Shown here one piece after another: positions 21,120 to 30,376 of a stretch of 64,000 nt of DNA. Position numbers and translations under genes: made by a program. The first letter of the stretch is position 1. Each line of letters starts with the position of its first letter. Source of the DNA: an uncultured Methanoregulaceae archaeon. Lineage in GTDB: Archaea > Halobacteriota > Methanomicrobia > Methanomicrobiales > Methanospirillaceae. The DNA lies in NCBI GenBank assembly GCA_963737635.1, contig CAVTTL010000001.1, positions 1,280,001-1,344,000 on the forward strand. The letters run 5' to 3'. The notes under the pieces were generated by a model that saw only the letters and a list, made by a program, of their open reading frames with translations, was not told where the DNA came from and did no database searches.

Positions 21120-22069
21120 AGTCCCGGCTGCTTGAATGCGGTTCGGCCCGGCTCGGTGGGGAAACAGCGGACGATTTTATTGCGAAATCTACCGCTGGCC
21201 CAGGTGCCGGGGGAAAAGGTTCGGTCTTCTTTGCCATGGGCAGCCACCGGGTCAAACTCGCAATCAATCCTGCATCCTCCGTTGAGATTGTCCATCGGGG
21301 CGGTGGTGTCGCCGATCTGTATTTTGACGGCCGACAGATCCCCGGACGGCTCCTCCTGCCGGGGCTTCACTGCCCGGATCAGGCATTTATCACGGTAACG
21401 GAGAGTTGCATCTTCTCGTGCCGCTATTGTTCGGTTCCCCGGATCTCCGGGAAACGGAAGACTGTCGAGGAGATTATGGCACTCGTTGAATCGGTCCGGC
21501 ACCGTGTCAATGCTCTCTCTCTGACAAGTGGTGTCTTGGGGAGCATCGATGAGGAGGAAGCTTATGTCTGTGAGGTTATCGATCACCTGAGGTTCTTCGA
21601 ACTCCCTATGGGGGTCTCCATTTACCCGACCGAACAGACCCCGGACAAGCTCCATGCTCTCGGCGTTGATGAGGTAAAATTCAATATCGAGGCAGCGACG
21701 CCGGAACTTTTTGCAGAAATGTGTCCCGGCCTTGACTATGATCTCCTCTGGCGGGTCCTTGACCGTTCAGTGGATCTCTTCGGGAGAGGCCGGGTTTTTT
21801 CTAATGTCATTGTGGGGCTTGGTGAGACCGATGCAGAGATGGAGACCTGTATCAACCGGCTCGCATCCCACAGCGTTATACCAGTACTCCGGCCGCTTAA
21901 CCCGGTGGCAGGGTGTGCCGGCGGATCCCGGCCGTCCGCAGAACGGCTGAGGAAACTATTTGCCCTCCACCGGGAGGCCCTTTCCCGCGAAGGACTGGAT
22001 ACCGCCGGTGCTCTTACGATGTGTACGACTTGCGGGGGCTGCGATCTCGTACCAGGGAGGGATGAATGA
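21101..22069 (+). CDS. Radical SAM protein, biotin synthase-related
   Basis: CIFSCRYC; N-terminal STAGPGAG and HCP; SNVIVGLGETD; extra C-terminal CTTCGGC. Confidence 0.85.
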   Translation: MQWEELKSRLLECGSARLGGETADDFIAKSTAGPGAGGKGSVFFAMGSHRVKLAINPASSVEIVHRGGGVADLYFDGRQIPGRLLLPGLHCPDQAFITVTESCIFSCRYCSVPRISGKRKTVEEIMALVESVRHRVNALSLTSGVLGSIDEEEAYVCEVIDHLRFFELPMGVSIYPTEQTPDKLHALGVDEVKFNIEAATPELFAEMCPGLDYDLLWRVLDRSVDLFGRGRVFSNVIVGLGETDAEMETCINRLASHSVIPVLRPLNPVAGCAGGSRPSAERLRKLFALHREALSREGLDTAGALTMCTTCGGCDLVPGRDE

Positions 22070-23337
22070 AAGGTGTTGAGGCGCTGGCGGCTGCCATATG
22101 TGCGGGTACTGATCGCCGATATACGGTCCCGGGTTTCCCGGTAACCGAGCTTGGCACATTCACCCGGGCGGAGATGGTCATAAACGAGAAGACCGCACTT
22201 GAATATGCACTGGGAGATTCCCTTTCCGGTCAACGTGCAGCGGTCATTATAAAAAATGTTGGAGTAAACGCCTGCGCAGACCCTCTGGCCCAGGCTTCCG
22301 TACAGGGACTACGGGGAGGTGTTCTCCTTGTCGTGGGTGATGATCCCGACGCAAAAGGTTCCCAGACGGCACAGGACTCCCGTTATTACGGAGAACTGGC
22401 GGAACTTCCGGTGATCGAACCTGATACGACAACCTGCTTCACTGGCGTTGAAACGGCACTTACCGCTTCGGAAACATTTTCCCGCGTCGCTATGCTCCGG
22501 CTTACACCGCAGCTGCTGGACGCTGACGTCACCGGGGTGCCCATCCCCCGGAACCAAGGTAGCGGAAAGCTTGCCGATCCGGCCTGGACCATGCACGGCA
22601 GGGTAACTGCGGCCGAAGAAATCTACCGGACGATGTTTGTGTGGTCGGAGATATCACCCCAAAACCAGTGGAAAGACGGCACACTTGGCGCCGGTTCTGC
22701 ACCGGGGAATTCCCGGCTTGTGACGGTCAATCCGGTTCCCTCCCGTGCTGCAGGATTCCCATCGGTAAACGAGTACGGGAGGTCCTTTATCCGGGATCAC
22801 CGTACCCTAGTACCACCAGAACCGCAGGAACAGCCGGAATCCTATAAAAATCGGGGATTTAGCAGGACATTCTGCTCTGCATGCCCGTACCGGACCCTGC
22901 TTAACATTATCAGGGAAAAGGATATGCACCTGATATGCGACGCGGGGTGCTCGGTCTTTGGTATGAACCCGCCGTATAGTCTGGGCGTTGCCAGCTATGG
23001 TATGGGTTCGAGTATTGCGGTTGCCGCACGAAGCACGCATGTAGCGCTGATCGGGGACTACGCGCTGCTTCACTCGGGCCTCAACGCCCTTATCGACGTG
23101 TATGAAAAGAGACACCCACTCCTGTGTATTGTCATGAAAAATCACTGCGCAGCAATGACCGGGTGTCAGCCGGTGAGTGATCCGGTTCCTTATATCCGGT
23201 GGGCCGACCCGGTAGTCTGCCCTGCAGAAGATGAATGCCGCCTCCGCGAAATTATCCGGTACCCAGATGCGCCCTTAACGGTCGTAGTGGAAGCGGAATG
23301 CCCCAAGGGAGCACGCCATGAAACCGTGGAATGTTGA
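22066..23337 (+). CDS. TPP-dependent enzyme, truncated IorA (indolepyruvate oxidoreductase alpha)-like
   Basis: VPGFP.TE, NEKTALEYALG, GDDP..SQTAQDSR, FCSACPYR, DAGC, MGSSI and GDYALLHSG..N TPP motif; 423 aa with no ferredoxin domain. Confidence 0.85.
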   Translation: MKGVEALAAAICAGTDRRYTVPGFPVTELGTFTRAEMVINEKTALEYALGDSLSGQRAAVIIKNVGVNACADPLAQASVQGLRGGVLLVVGDDPDAKGSQTAQDSRYYGELAELPVIEPDTTTCFTGVETALTASETFSRVAMLRLTPQLLDADVTGVPIPRNQGSGKLADPAWTMHGRVTAAEEIYRTMFVWSEISPQNQWKDGTLGAGSAPGNSRLVTVNPVPSRAAGFPSVNEYGRSFIRDHRTLVPPEPQEQPESYKNRGFSRTFCSACPYRTLLNIIREKDMHLICDAGCSVFGMNPPYSLGVASYGMGSSIAVAARSTHVALIGDYALLHSGLNALIDVYEKRHPLLCIVMKNHCAAMTGCQPVSDPVPYIRWADPVVCPAEDECRLREIIRYPDAPLTVVVEAECPKGARHETVEC

Positions 23338-24445
23338 GATCTGTGACGTAACGCTCAGAGACGGAGAACAGACGCCCGGTGTGTCGTTCTCCTGCGAAGA
23401 AAAAGTGGACATCGCCCGGACCTTGGATTGTGTCGGCGTGGAAGTGATCGAGGCCGGGTTTCCGGCAGTCTCCGAAAACGAGAAACAGTGTGTAAAGACC
23501 ATCGCAAACCTCGGGCTCGATGCACGGATATGCGGTTTTGCCCGGGCACGGAAAGAGGATATTACGGCGGCAATAGACTGCGGTGTCGATATGGTATCCA
23601 TCTTTATCCCCACATCGGATCTCCATGTAAAGGTCAAATTCAGGAAACCACGTGAACAGGTGCTCGAAGATGCCCTTGCCATGATAGATTTCGCCCGGGA
23701 TCAGGGGGTTGCCGTGAGGTTTGCTGCGGAGGATGCATCGCGGACCGATCCGGTCTTCCTCAAGGAAGTATACCGGCGTGCGTCGGACCACGGGGCAGTC
23801 CTGCTCAGTTTCGCCGATACCGTGGGATGCTTGATCCCGGATGAGATGCGCACGATCATGGCTGATCTGGTCTCTTCGGTCGATCAGCCGTTTTGTGCCC
23901 ATTGCCACAACGATATGGGCTGCGCCGTTGCAAACACCATCACTGCGGCACAGGCTGGGGCGTTCCAGCTCCACACGACGGTCAATGGGATCGGTGAACG
24001 TTCAGGCAATGCCTCACTGGAAGAGGTGCTGGTTATCCTGCGAACCAAAGGCGGCATCGACCGGTATGATCTCTCGTACCTTTCCACACTCTCAAGAAAA
24101 GTAGAAAAGTATTCCGGTATTGCGCTCCCGAAGAACAAGCCGGTAACCGGAGAACTTGCATTTTCTCACGAAAGCGGCATCCACATCGCCGCTATTCTCG
24201 AAGATCCTGCCACGTATGAGTACTTCCCTCCGGACCTTGTGGGCGGGGAGCGGCACTTCATCCTTGGAAAGCACACCGGAAGAAAAGCGCTCGAACATGT
24301 CATCGCATCACTTGGCCAGGACCTCTCCGGGGCCCAGATCTGCCGGGTTCTTGATCTTGTTAAAGAACATTCCGAACAGAAATGCAGCATCACGCCCGAG
24401 GTATTGCAGAAGCTGATCCAGAAGGCACAGAGGGAGATGGTATGA
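23318..24445 (+). CDS. aksA: (R)-homocitrate synthase family (AksA)
   Basis: DVTLRDGEQTPG, HCHNDMG, NGIGERSGNA, HESGIH and LGKHTG; 375 aa without the LeuA regulatory domain. Confidence 0.85.
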   Translation: MKPWNVEICDVTLRDGEQTPGVSFSCEEKVDIARTLDCVGVEVIEAGFPAVSENEKQCVKTIANLGLDARICGFARARKEDITAAIDCGVDMVSIFIPTSDLHVKVKFRKPREQVLEDALAMIDFARDQGVAVRFAAEDASRTDPVFLKEVYRRASDHGAVLLSFADTVGCLIPDEMRTIMADLVSSVDQPFCAHCHNDMGCAVANTITAAQAGAFQLHTTVNGIGERSGNASLEEVLVILRTKGGIDRYDLSYLSTLSRKVEKYSGIALPKNKPVTGELAFSHESGIHIAAILEDPATYEYFPPDLVGGERHFILGKHTGRKALEHVIASLGQDLSGAQICRVLDLVKEHSEQKCSITPEVLQKLIQKAQREMV

Positions 24446-25653
24446 GCACGCTGTCAGAACGTATCCTGGGTGCAGCTGCAGGGGAATATGTCGACCGGAA
24501 GGTTGACAGGGCATATGCCCATGATGGCACCGGTGTCCTTACCTTGGAAGCCTGGAAAGACATGGGCGGAGACCGGTTGGGAAAAGATACCGGATATTAT
24601 ATCCAGTTCGATCATATAGCCCCGGCCAACAATAGCACGACCGCGACCCTCCAGCACGAGCTCAGGGATTTTGCGAAACGTTCGTTTATGCAGTTCTCCG
24701 ATATCGGCTGCGGCATCTGCCACCAGCTGATGGGCGAGGGTATCGTCCTGCCCGGGGAGATTGTCGTCGGCGCAGATTCGCACAGTGTTACGCTCGGGGC
24801 ATTTGGAGCGTTTGCGACCGGTATGGGCGCCACCGACATGGCTGCGATCTGGCTGACTGGGGAGACTTGGTTCCGGGTTCCCGAATCTGTGGGCATTCAC
24901 CTGAGCGGAAGGTTCACTGGTGCTGCGGAAGCAAAGGATCTTGCGCTGGCCTACGTAGGAAAACTCGGCACGGACGGTGCAACCTATCAGGCACTGGAGT
25001 TTGTAGGCGAAGGCACGCACTATCTTTCGATGGACGAACGCCTCGTACTTGCAAATCTTTCTGTCGAAGCCGGGGCAAAGGCAGGGCTCTTCTACGCGGA
25101 TGATGTGACGGTCCGCTACCTGAAGGAGCATGGGCATGACGTCGCGTTTCAGGAATACGAATCCTGTACATACCGGCAGGAACTCGATCTCGATCTTGCA
25201 GATATCGTGCCGCTCGTTGCGGTGCCCCACCGGGTGGACACGGTAAAGCCCGTGGATGCGGTTGCCGGCTTACCGCTTGACCAGGTCTTTGTTGGCACCT
25301 GCACTAACGGCCGGTATTCCGATCTCGCCCGGTTTGCCCGGATGATTAAGGGCAGGAAAGTGGCCGTACGGACCATCGTGGTTCCGGCATCAGCTTCGGT
25401 TCTTGAAAAGGCAATCCGGACCGGGGTGCTTACCGATATTGTCGGGGCCGGGTGCACTCTCGGGACGCCCGGGTGTGGTCCCTGTCTCGGGTACCATATG
25501 GGGGTACTCGGTGAAGGGGAAGTCTGCCTCTCGACAGCCAACCGGAATTTCAGGAACCGTATGGGTATCGGCGGGGAAATCTACCTTGGTTCTGTCGCTA
25601 CTGCCGCAGCAAGTGCTCTCGCAGGTGAAATTGCATCGCCGGAGGCCGGATAA
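24442..25653 (+). CDS. aksD: Homoaconitase/isopropylmalate isomerase large subunit (AksD)
   Basis: FDH, GICHQ, GADSH, GTCTNGR, GCGPCLG and STANRNFRNRMG; ATGA overlap with aksA. Confidence 0.85.
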   Translation: MSTLSERILGAAAGEYVDRKVDRAYAHDGTGVLTLEAWKDMGGDRLGKDTGYYIQFDHIAPANNSTTATLQHELRDFAKRSFMQFSDIGCGICHQLMGEGIVLPGEIVVGADSHSVTLGAFGAFATGMGATDMAAIWLTGETWFRVPESVGIHLSGRFTGAAEAKDLALAYVGKLGTDGATYQALEFVGEGTHYLSMDERLVLANLSVEAGAKAGLFYADDVTVRYLKEHGHDVAFQEYESCTYRQELDLDLADIVPLVAVPHRVDTVKPVDAVAGLPLDQVFVGTCTNGRYSDLARFARMIKGRKVAVRTIVVPASASVLEKAIRTGVLTDIVGAGCTLGTPGCGPCLGYHMGVLGEGEVCLSTANRNFRNRMGIGGEIYLGSVATAAASALAGEIASPEAG

Positions 25654-26123
25654 TGAAGGGCAAAGGAACCGCCGTATGCCTCCCGGCAGATATCGATACC
25701 GATGTCATTATCGCCGGCCGGTACTTGCGGACGAAGGATCAGGGAGTCTGGGCAACCCATGTGTTCGAGGATCTCGATCCTTCGCTTGCCCCCCGTCTCA
25801 AAGGAGCTGTTATTGTCGCCGGCAAAAATTTCGGGTGCGGCTCTTCGCGGGAGCAGGCGACCATTGCCCTCAGGGAGGCAGGGATTGTTGCTGTCATTGC
25901 CCCGTCGTTTGCACGGATATTCTTCCGGAACGCGATCAATATCGGCCTTCCGCTCATCGAATCAGATCTGGCCTGTGCGGAAGGCAGCAGGGTAACATTT
26001 GACCTGTCAGGTGGTTGGGTGGAGACTGGCGGGAAAAGGCACGAAATCCGTTCGTTGTCTCCCCGGATGCAGGAAATCCTGGACGCGGGGGGCCTCGTTG
26101 AATATTGGAGGGCTCACCGATGA
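25653..26123 (+). CDS. aksE: Homoaconitase small subunit (AksE)
   Basis: DIDTDVIIAGRYLRT (YLRT loop typical of methanogen homoaconitase), NFGCGSSRE and FARIFFRNAINIGL. Confidence 0.87.
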   Translation: MKGKGTAVCLPADIDTDVIIAGRYLRTKDQGVWATHVFEDLDPSLAPRLKGAVIVAGKNFGCGSSREQATIALREAGIVAVIAPSFARIFFRNAINIGLPLIESDLACAEGSRVTFDLSGGWVETGGKRHEIRSLSPRMQEILDAGGLVEYWRAHR

Positions 26124-26920
26124 TCTTTCCGGACCATTGCAAGTATGTGGGGATTGCTTCGACCCGACCCTGCGGAGATCGGGTCTATACCCTGAGCCGG
26201 TATCTCCTGTGTGAGACAGAGCGGGGGTATGAACTCCGGGAAGTTATCCTTGATCATACCGGAAAAAACGTTATGAGGAAAATTATCTCCTCCAGAGTAC
26301 TTGCAACTCCGGCGGAGTTTTACTGTTACCCTGAAAAAGTGCAGCTTAACGACAGGGCGAGACTCGTACGGCTCGCATCTGAAAGCGGGTACCGGTGCAC
26401 GGTCTTTACCGGTCTCGAGGAAAACATGACGTTTGTCCTCGATCCCGATCTGTCAGGATTCCTTACAGTGCACGTCTATGATGTCATACCACCCCGTCCG
26501 ACCCTTTCGGCGAGCCTGAAAGAAATGGAGGCGATCGGTCTCTTCGGGGAACTTTCGGTGGTCTTCGACCATCATATCCGGGACATTACTGTGGTGCCTG
26601 CGGATGTCTATCCATGCCGGGCTGCAGGATATACGAGGACGCTGGACGCCGATCCCCTGCATGGTGGCGAACGGGTGGCCGGGTGCCTTACGGCGAAACA
26701 ATTCTGTACTGAGTGCTATGGGACGGATTTTGTGCTCGAGACTATCTGCCCCCTTGAACAAGTTGCAGAAGAGCCCTTTATTGCCCGGTGCTGCCGGTCT
26801 GAGCGGGAGGGCGTAGGTACCTGGAACGGCAGGTTCGGGGCGATTGTCCACTGGGGTGCAGATCCGGCAAAGATTGCCCGGTCAGTCCAGGAACTGGTCA
26901 GGCAGTGGAGGGCAAGATGA
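26120..26920 (+). CDS. Cys-rich protein of unknown function inside the aks operon
   Basis: 266-aa ORF coupled by ATGA overlaps at both ends; Cys cluster YPC..GC..CxxC..CP..RCC..VHWG. Confidence 0.8.
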   Translation: MIFPDHCKYVGIASTRPCGDRVYTLSRYLLCETERGYELREVILDHTGKNVMRKIISSRVLATPAEFYCYPEKVQLNDRARLVRLASESGYRCTVFTGLEENMTFVLDPDLSGFLTVHVYDVIPPRPTLSASLKEMEAIGLFGELSVVFDHHIRDITVVPADVYPCRAAGYTRTLDADPLHGGERVAGCLTAKQFCTECYGTDFVLETICPLEQVAEEPFIARCCRSEREGVGTWNGRFGAIVHWGADPAKIARSVQELVRQWRAR

Positions 26921-27885
26921 CGCGGATCGCGGTTGTTGAAGGCGACGGGATAGGTCATGAGGTGATTCCGGTTGCCCAGAAAGCGCTAGCGTTGCTCCAC
27001 CCTGAGTATGATTATTTTCCGGTCGAGGTCGGGTACGGCCGGTGGGAGCAGACCGGCTGCCCCTGTGCGGACAACGATATTTCCATGCTCAAAACAGCTG
27101 ATGCTATCCTGTTTGGTGCCATTACCACCCCCCCGATGAAAGACTACCAGAGTGTCGTTTTGCGGATCCGTAAGGCACTCGACCTGTTTGCAAACCTGCG
27201 GCCAGTCCGGGGCGACGGGTTTGATTTCATGATCGTCAGGGAAAATACGGAAGGACTCTACTCGGGGATCGAGGAGCTCAGCAACGACCGTGCGACAACA
27301 CTCCGGCTGGTGACCCGGCCGGGGACCGAGCGAATTGCACGGGCGGCGATCCGGCGTGCGCAGCAGCGGCGGGGAAAACTAACGATAGGCCACAAGGCAA
27401 ACGTCCTCAAATCGGATGTCTTCTTTCGGGACATCTGTGTAGCTGAGGCAAAAAAGGCCGGCGTTTCTTACAGTGATAAGTTCATCGATTCGCTTAGTCT
27501 CGATGTCCTCCAGCATCCGGAAGTATATGATGTCATTGTAACCACGAATATCTTTGGCGATATCCTATCAGACGTTTCCTCGTATCTTGTTGGGGGCCTG
27601 GGCCTTGTGCCAAGTGCAAATATCGGGGATCGGTACGCCCTGTTTGAACCGGTACATGGGAGCGCCCCGGATATTGCCGGTAAAAACATTGCAAATCCTG
27701 TAGCAGCCCTGCGGAGTGCTGCGATGCTTCTCGCCCATCTTGGAGATAAAGAGGGTTCTCAGCGGATAGAATTGGCTATATGCGAAGTACTCGCGACCGG
27801 TATCCGGACCCGGGATATTGGGGGATCAGCCGGAACCCGCGAGTTCGGTGATGCGGTCACGAGAGTCCTTGGCTGGCAGGGATAG
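26917..27885 (+). CDS. aksF: Homoisocitrate/isopropylmalate dehydrogenase family (AksF)
   Basis: [40 protein letters not shown] and [13 protein letters not shown]. Confidence 0.85.
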   Translation: MTRIAVVEGDGIGHEVIPVAQKALALLHPEYDYFPVEVGYGRWEQTGCPCADNDISMLKTADAILFGAITTPPMKDYQSVVLRIRKALDLFANLRPVRGDGFDFMIVRENTEGLYSGIEELSNDRATTLRLVTRPGTERIARAAIRRAQQRRGKLTIGHKANVLKSDVFFRDICVAEAKKAGVSYSDKFIDSLSLDVLQHPEVYDVIVTTNIFGDILSDVSSYLVGGLGLVPSANIGDRYALFEPVHGSAPDIAGKNIANPVAALRSAAMLLAHLGDKEGSQRIELAICEVLATGIRTRDIGGSAGTREFGDAVTRVLGWQG

Positions 27886-27915
27886 ATTGGCCTAACACAT
27901 CACCTGCTTTTCTTC

Positions 27916-28278
27916 TTATTCCGGGAGCCCTCTTCTTGTCGTGGAATCCGCCAGGAGATGGAAGAGATACCCAAGCGCGCAACAGGAGAGACCGAAAATA
28001 AGGGCTTTGCTTGATACAGATGGTAAAGGTAGCAGACCGATTGTAGCACAAAGGCCAAAGATTCCCACAGTACATTTCAATGCCCGTTTGCTGTGAAAGA
28101 TCCTCCTGTGTTTGGAACTCGTCGGTGGTTCCAGAATATCCGGCATGATCGAACCGATTGTAACAGCAAGAAATCCGAGAATGAAAAAATCCACGGTAAT
28201 AGTACGTATGCAATTAAGCAGGTATGCATATACCAAAAATGCCACTGCCCCTATTATGAGATGAACACCTTTTCTCAT
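27916..28278 (-). CDS. Membrane-bound metal-dependent hydrolase (YdjM-like)
   Basis: H near the N-terminus, GSIMPD, HRRIFHS, HLLAD..T..G; hydrophobic helices. Confidence 0.75.
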   Translation of the reverse strand: MRKGVHLIIGAVAFLVYAYLLNCIRTITVDFFILGFLAVTIGSIMPDILEPPTSSKHRRIFHSKRALKCTVGIFGLCATIGLLPLPSVSSKALIFGLSCCALGYLFHLLADSTTRRGLPE

Positions 28279-28519
28279 TGAGGAAATCGTTAGAAAAATA
28301 CCGTATAAATACCAGCCATGAACGGTGAAAGTGTTAGCTGTCAATTCTTTTGGATCATTTAGCCACTTCGGATCGTTAGAATCTTTTTAACCGGTCTTGA
28401 ATAGGGCATAATTTAACAGGATATATTACCGGCAACATTTGTATAAACCTATATGCGGTTTAAACGAGATTACCTGGTGTGGGGCACTTTTAGAGAGAGG
28501 TCCTCGTATGAAACGGGGC

Positions 28520-29002
28520 TCATCTTACGATCCGATATCCGGCCCGCTCAAAAACTTCTGCAACGGAGGTTTCCCATACTGCCTCATCAGGAATTATTGC
28601 ACCTGCGATCCCGTCCTGCCAAAGCCTTCGAAGATCTAGGTTCATAGTAGAAAAAAATCTCGAGCCATCCTGCACCCGACCCTTGTAATCGCCATCCGGA
28701 CTTAGAACAAGGAGACGAAAACAGATGTAAATCCTGCAGAGATCGGGACGGGTATGGTGAATAGTACAGAGTGCTTTTTTATTCTTGTCTGACCGAAGAA
28801 AAGGACAGGCCTCAGGTTGCAATGTTTTGAGATCCCGCGTGCGGAAAAGTACCTGTTTATCATGGTCAACCGTGACCTCCATCTCATTACCGGTGGCGGT
28901 AAACCGGATCCGGAACTTCAGTGTCCCGGTCTCCTCTTCAATACGGATAAGCTCCCCCATTGAACCACAGCATTTTCCGCATTGCTGGCACCGGAATGTC
29001 AC
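28520..29002 (-). CDS. YkgJ family Zn/Fe-chelating cysteine-cluster protein
   Basis: FRCQQCGKCC...CPFL...CTIHHTRPDLCR. Confidence 0.85.
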   Translation of the reverse strand: MTFRCQQCGKCCGSMGELIRIEEETGTLKFRIRFTATGNEMEVTVDHDKQVLFRTRDLKTLQPEACPFLRSDKNKKALCTIHHTRPDLCRIYICFRLLVLSPDGDYKGRVQDGSRFFSTMNLDLRRLWQDGIAGAIIPDEAVWETSVAEVFERAGYRIVR

Positions 29003-29165
29003 AAGTGAACCTCTCTACCTGCTATGTGGTTGCGATCGGGATTAAAGTGACGCAGAAGTCTACAGGCCTTTTCCCCATGTTCATGGTGTATGCAATAAAA
29101 CGGTCACTATCCTAAGGTCTATTATCCTAAACCCTGATTACAAGGTGTGGGAGGCGTTCTTCTTG

Positions 29166-29639
29166 ATGAATAATGCAGATGCAGGGAACAGAAACGGAAA
29201 AATTCCAATCTTTAACCCGGAAAAAAATGAAGTCGAATATGTTACTCCAATTGAAAAATCCGATGCAGAATGGCAGGCTCAGCTGACCCCCCGGCAGTTT
29301 GCCGTGGCACGAAAGCAGGATACCGAGTACCCCTTTACCGGCAAGTACCATGACTGCAAGGCGCATGGTATCTACCATTGCGTCTGTTGCGGGACTGCAC
29401 TTTTCCTTTCAGAGGCCAAGTTTGACTCAGGTACCGGCTGGCCGAGTTTTACTGCGCCGATCTCATCGTTCAATGTCACAACCCGGACGGATACATCTCA
29501 GCAGATGTTCCGGACTGAAGTCCTCTGCGCCCGGTGCGGGGCCCATCTCGGACATGTTTTTGATGATGGCCCTCCCCCCACAGGAAAACGCTACTGCATG
29601 AACTCAGAATCTCTCGTGCTTCAGCAAATTCCAGGATGA
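29166..29639 (+). CDS. msrB: Peptide-methionine (R)-S-oxide reductase
   Basis: [38 protein letters not shown] and RYCMNS. Confidence 0.95.
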   Translation: MNNADAGNRNGKIPIFNPEKNEVEYVTPIEKSDAEWQAQLTPRQFAVARKQDTEYPFTGKYHDCKAHGIYHCVCCGTALFLSEAKFDSGTGWPSFTAPISSFNVTTRTDTSQQMFRTEVLCARCGAHLGHVFDDGPPPTGKRYCMNSESLVLQQIPG

Positions 29640-29730
29640 AGAGGGTTTGAGCCTGCCCATCTCGGAGAGATCGATGGATACCTGAAAAGGACACGAGGTA
29701 TTTATCTTGTTTTTCCACTATAATGGATGA

Positions 29731-30291
29731 ATGAAGATTATGGAAAAAAAGGACGATCTTGAGGCAATAGAACGCATCATCGGATATCATTTTTTTGAGC
29801 GACAGCATCTTATCCGTGCGCTGACGCATCCCGCGTATGCAAATGAATTGATCCAGAAAAATCAGGTCTGCCTGACTCAGGAGGCGTATAGTACTCTAGG
29901 GGATGCCATCCTCAAGACCAGCCTGATTTTGTTTTTAATGGAAAAAGGATTGCAGGAAAAGGGTTCGATAACCCAGGCAAAGGAAAAACTTGAGGATAAT
30001 CCCAGTCTTGCAAAGATCGGCAGGCGCCTGAAGATCAAAAGGTTTATCCGGCTCGGCCGCGGGGAAAAGGATCTCTGGCAATCCGGAGAAGAGACTCTCC
30101 TTGCTGACACCATAGAGGCGATCATCGGTGCGATATTCCTTGACAGCGATGCAGGTTTTGGTGTAGTCCGGCAATGTATCGGAACTTGGTTTGAGCCCGA
30201 GCTGGCTCAGATCCGGTTGAAAGAAACGCCAAAAAAGAAAATTAAATCTCCCATTCCCTCAAGTCCCCGGCGAAGAACACGATCCAGATGA
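29731..30291 (+). CDS. Ribonuclease III-domain protein lacking a dsRBD
   Basis: IGYHF...ALTHP, EAYSTLGDAIL and LADTIEAIIGAIFLD; basic C-terminal tail. Confidence 0.85.
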   Translation: MKIMEKKDDLEAIERIIGYHFFERQHLIRALTHPAYANELIQKNQVCLTQEAYSTLGDAILKTSLILFLMEKGLQEKGSITQAKEKLEDNPSLAKIGRRLKIKRFIRLGRGEKDLWQSGEETLLADTIEAIIGAIFLDSDAGFGVVRQCIGTWFEPELAQIRLKETPKKKIKSPIPSSPRRRTRSR

Positions 30292-30376
30292 ACGACCCGG
30301 TTGTTTTCATGTGCCGGTGACTTCCGCAAGGCGAACACTCATATATCGGACGCTTGTATTCTGGAGTACAGGTGAC

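Noticed and set aside
23318-27885. Annotation as a leucine operon (leuA, leuC, leuD, leuB)
   Set aside because: The synthase lacks the LeuA regulatory domain, the small subunit has the YLRT loop and the context is methanogenesis. Aks is preferred, though not proven without a phylogeny.
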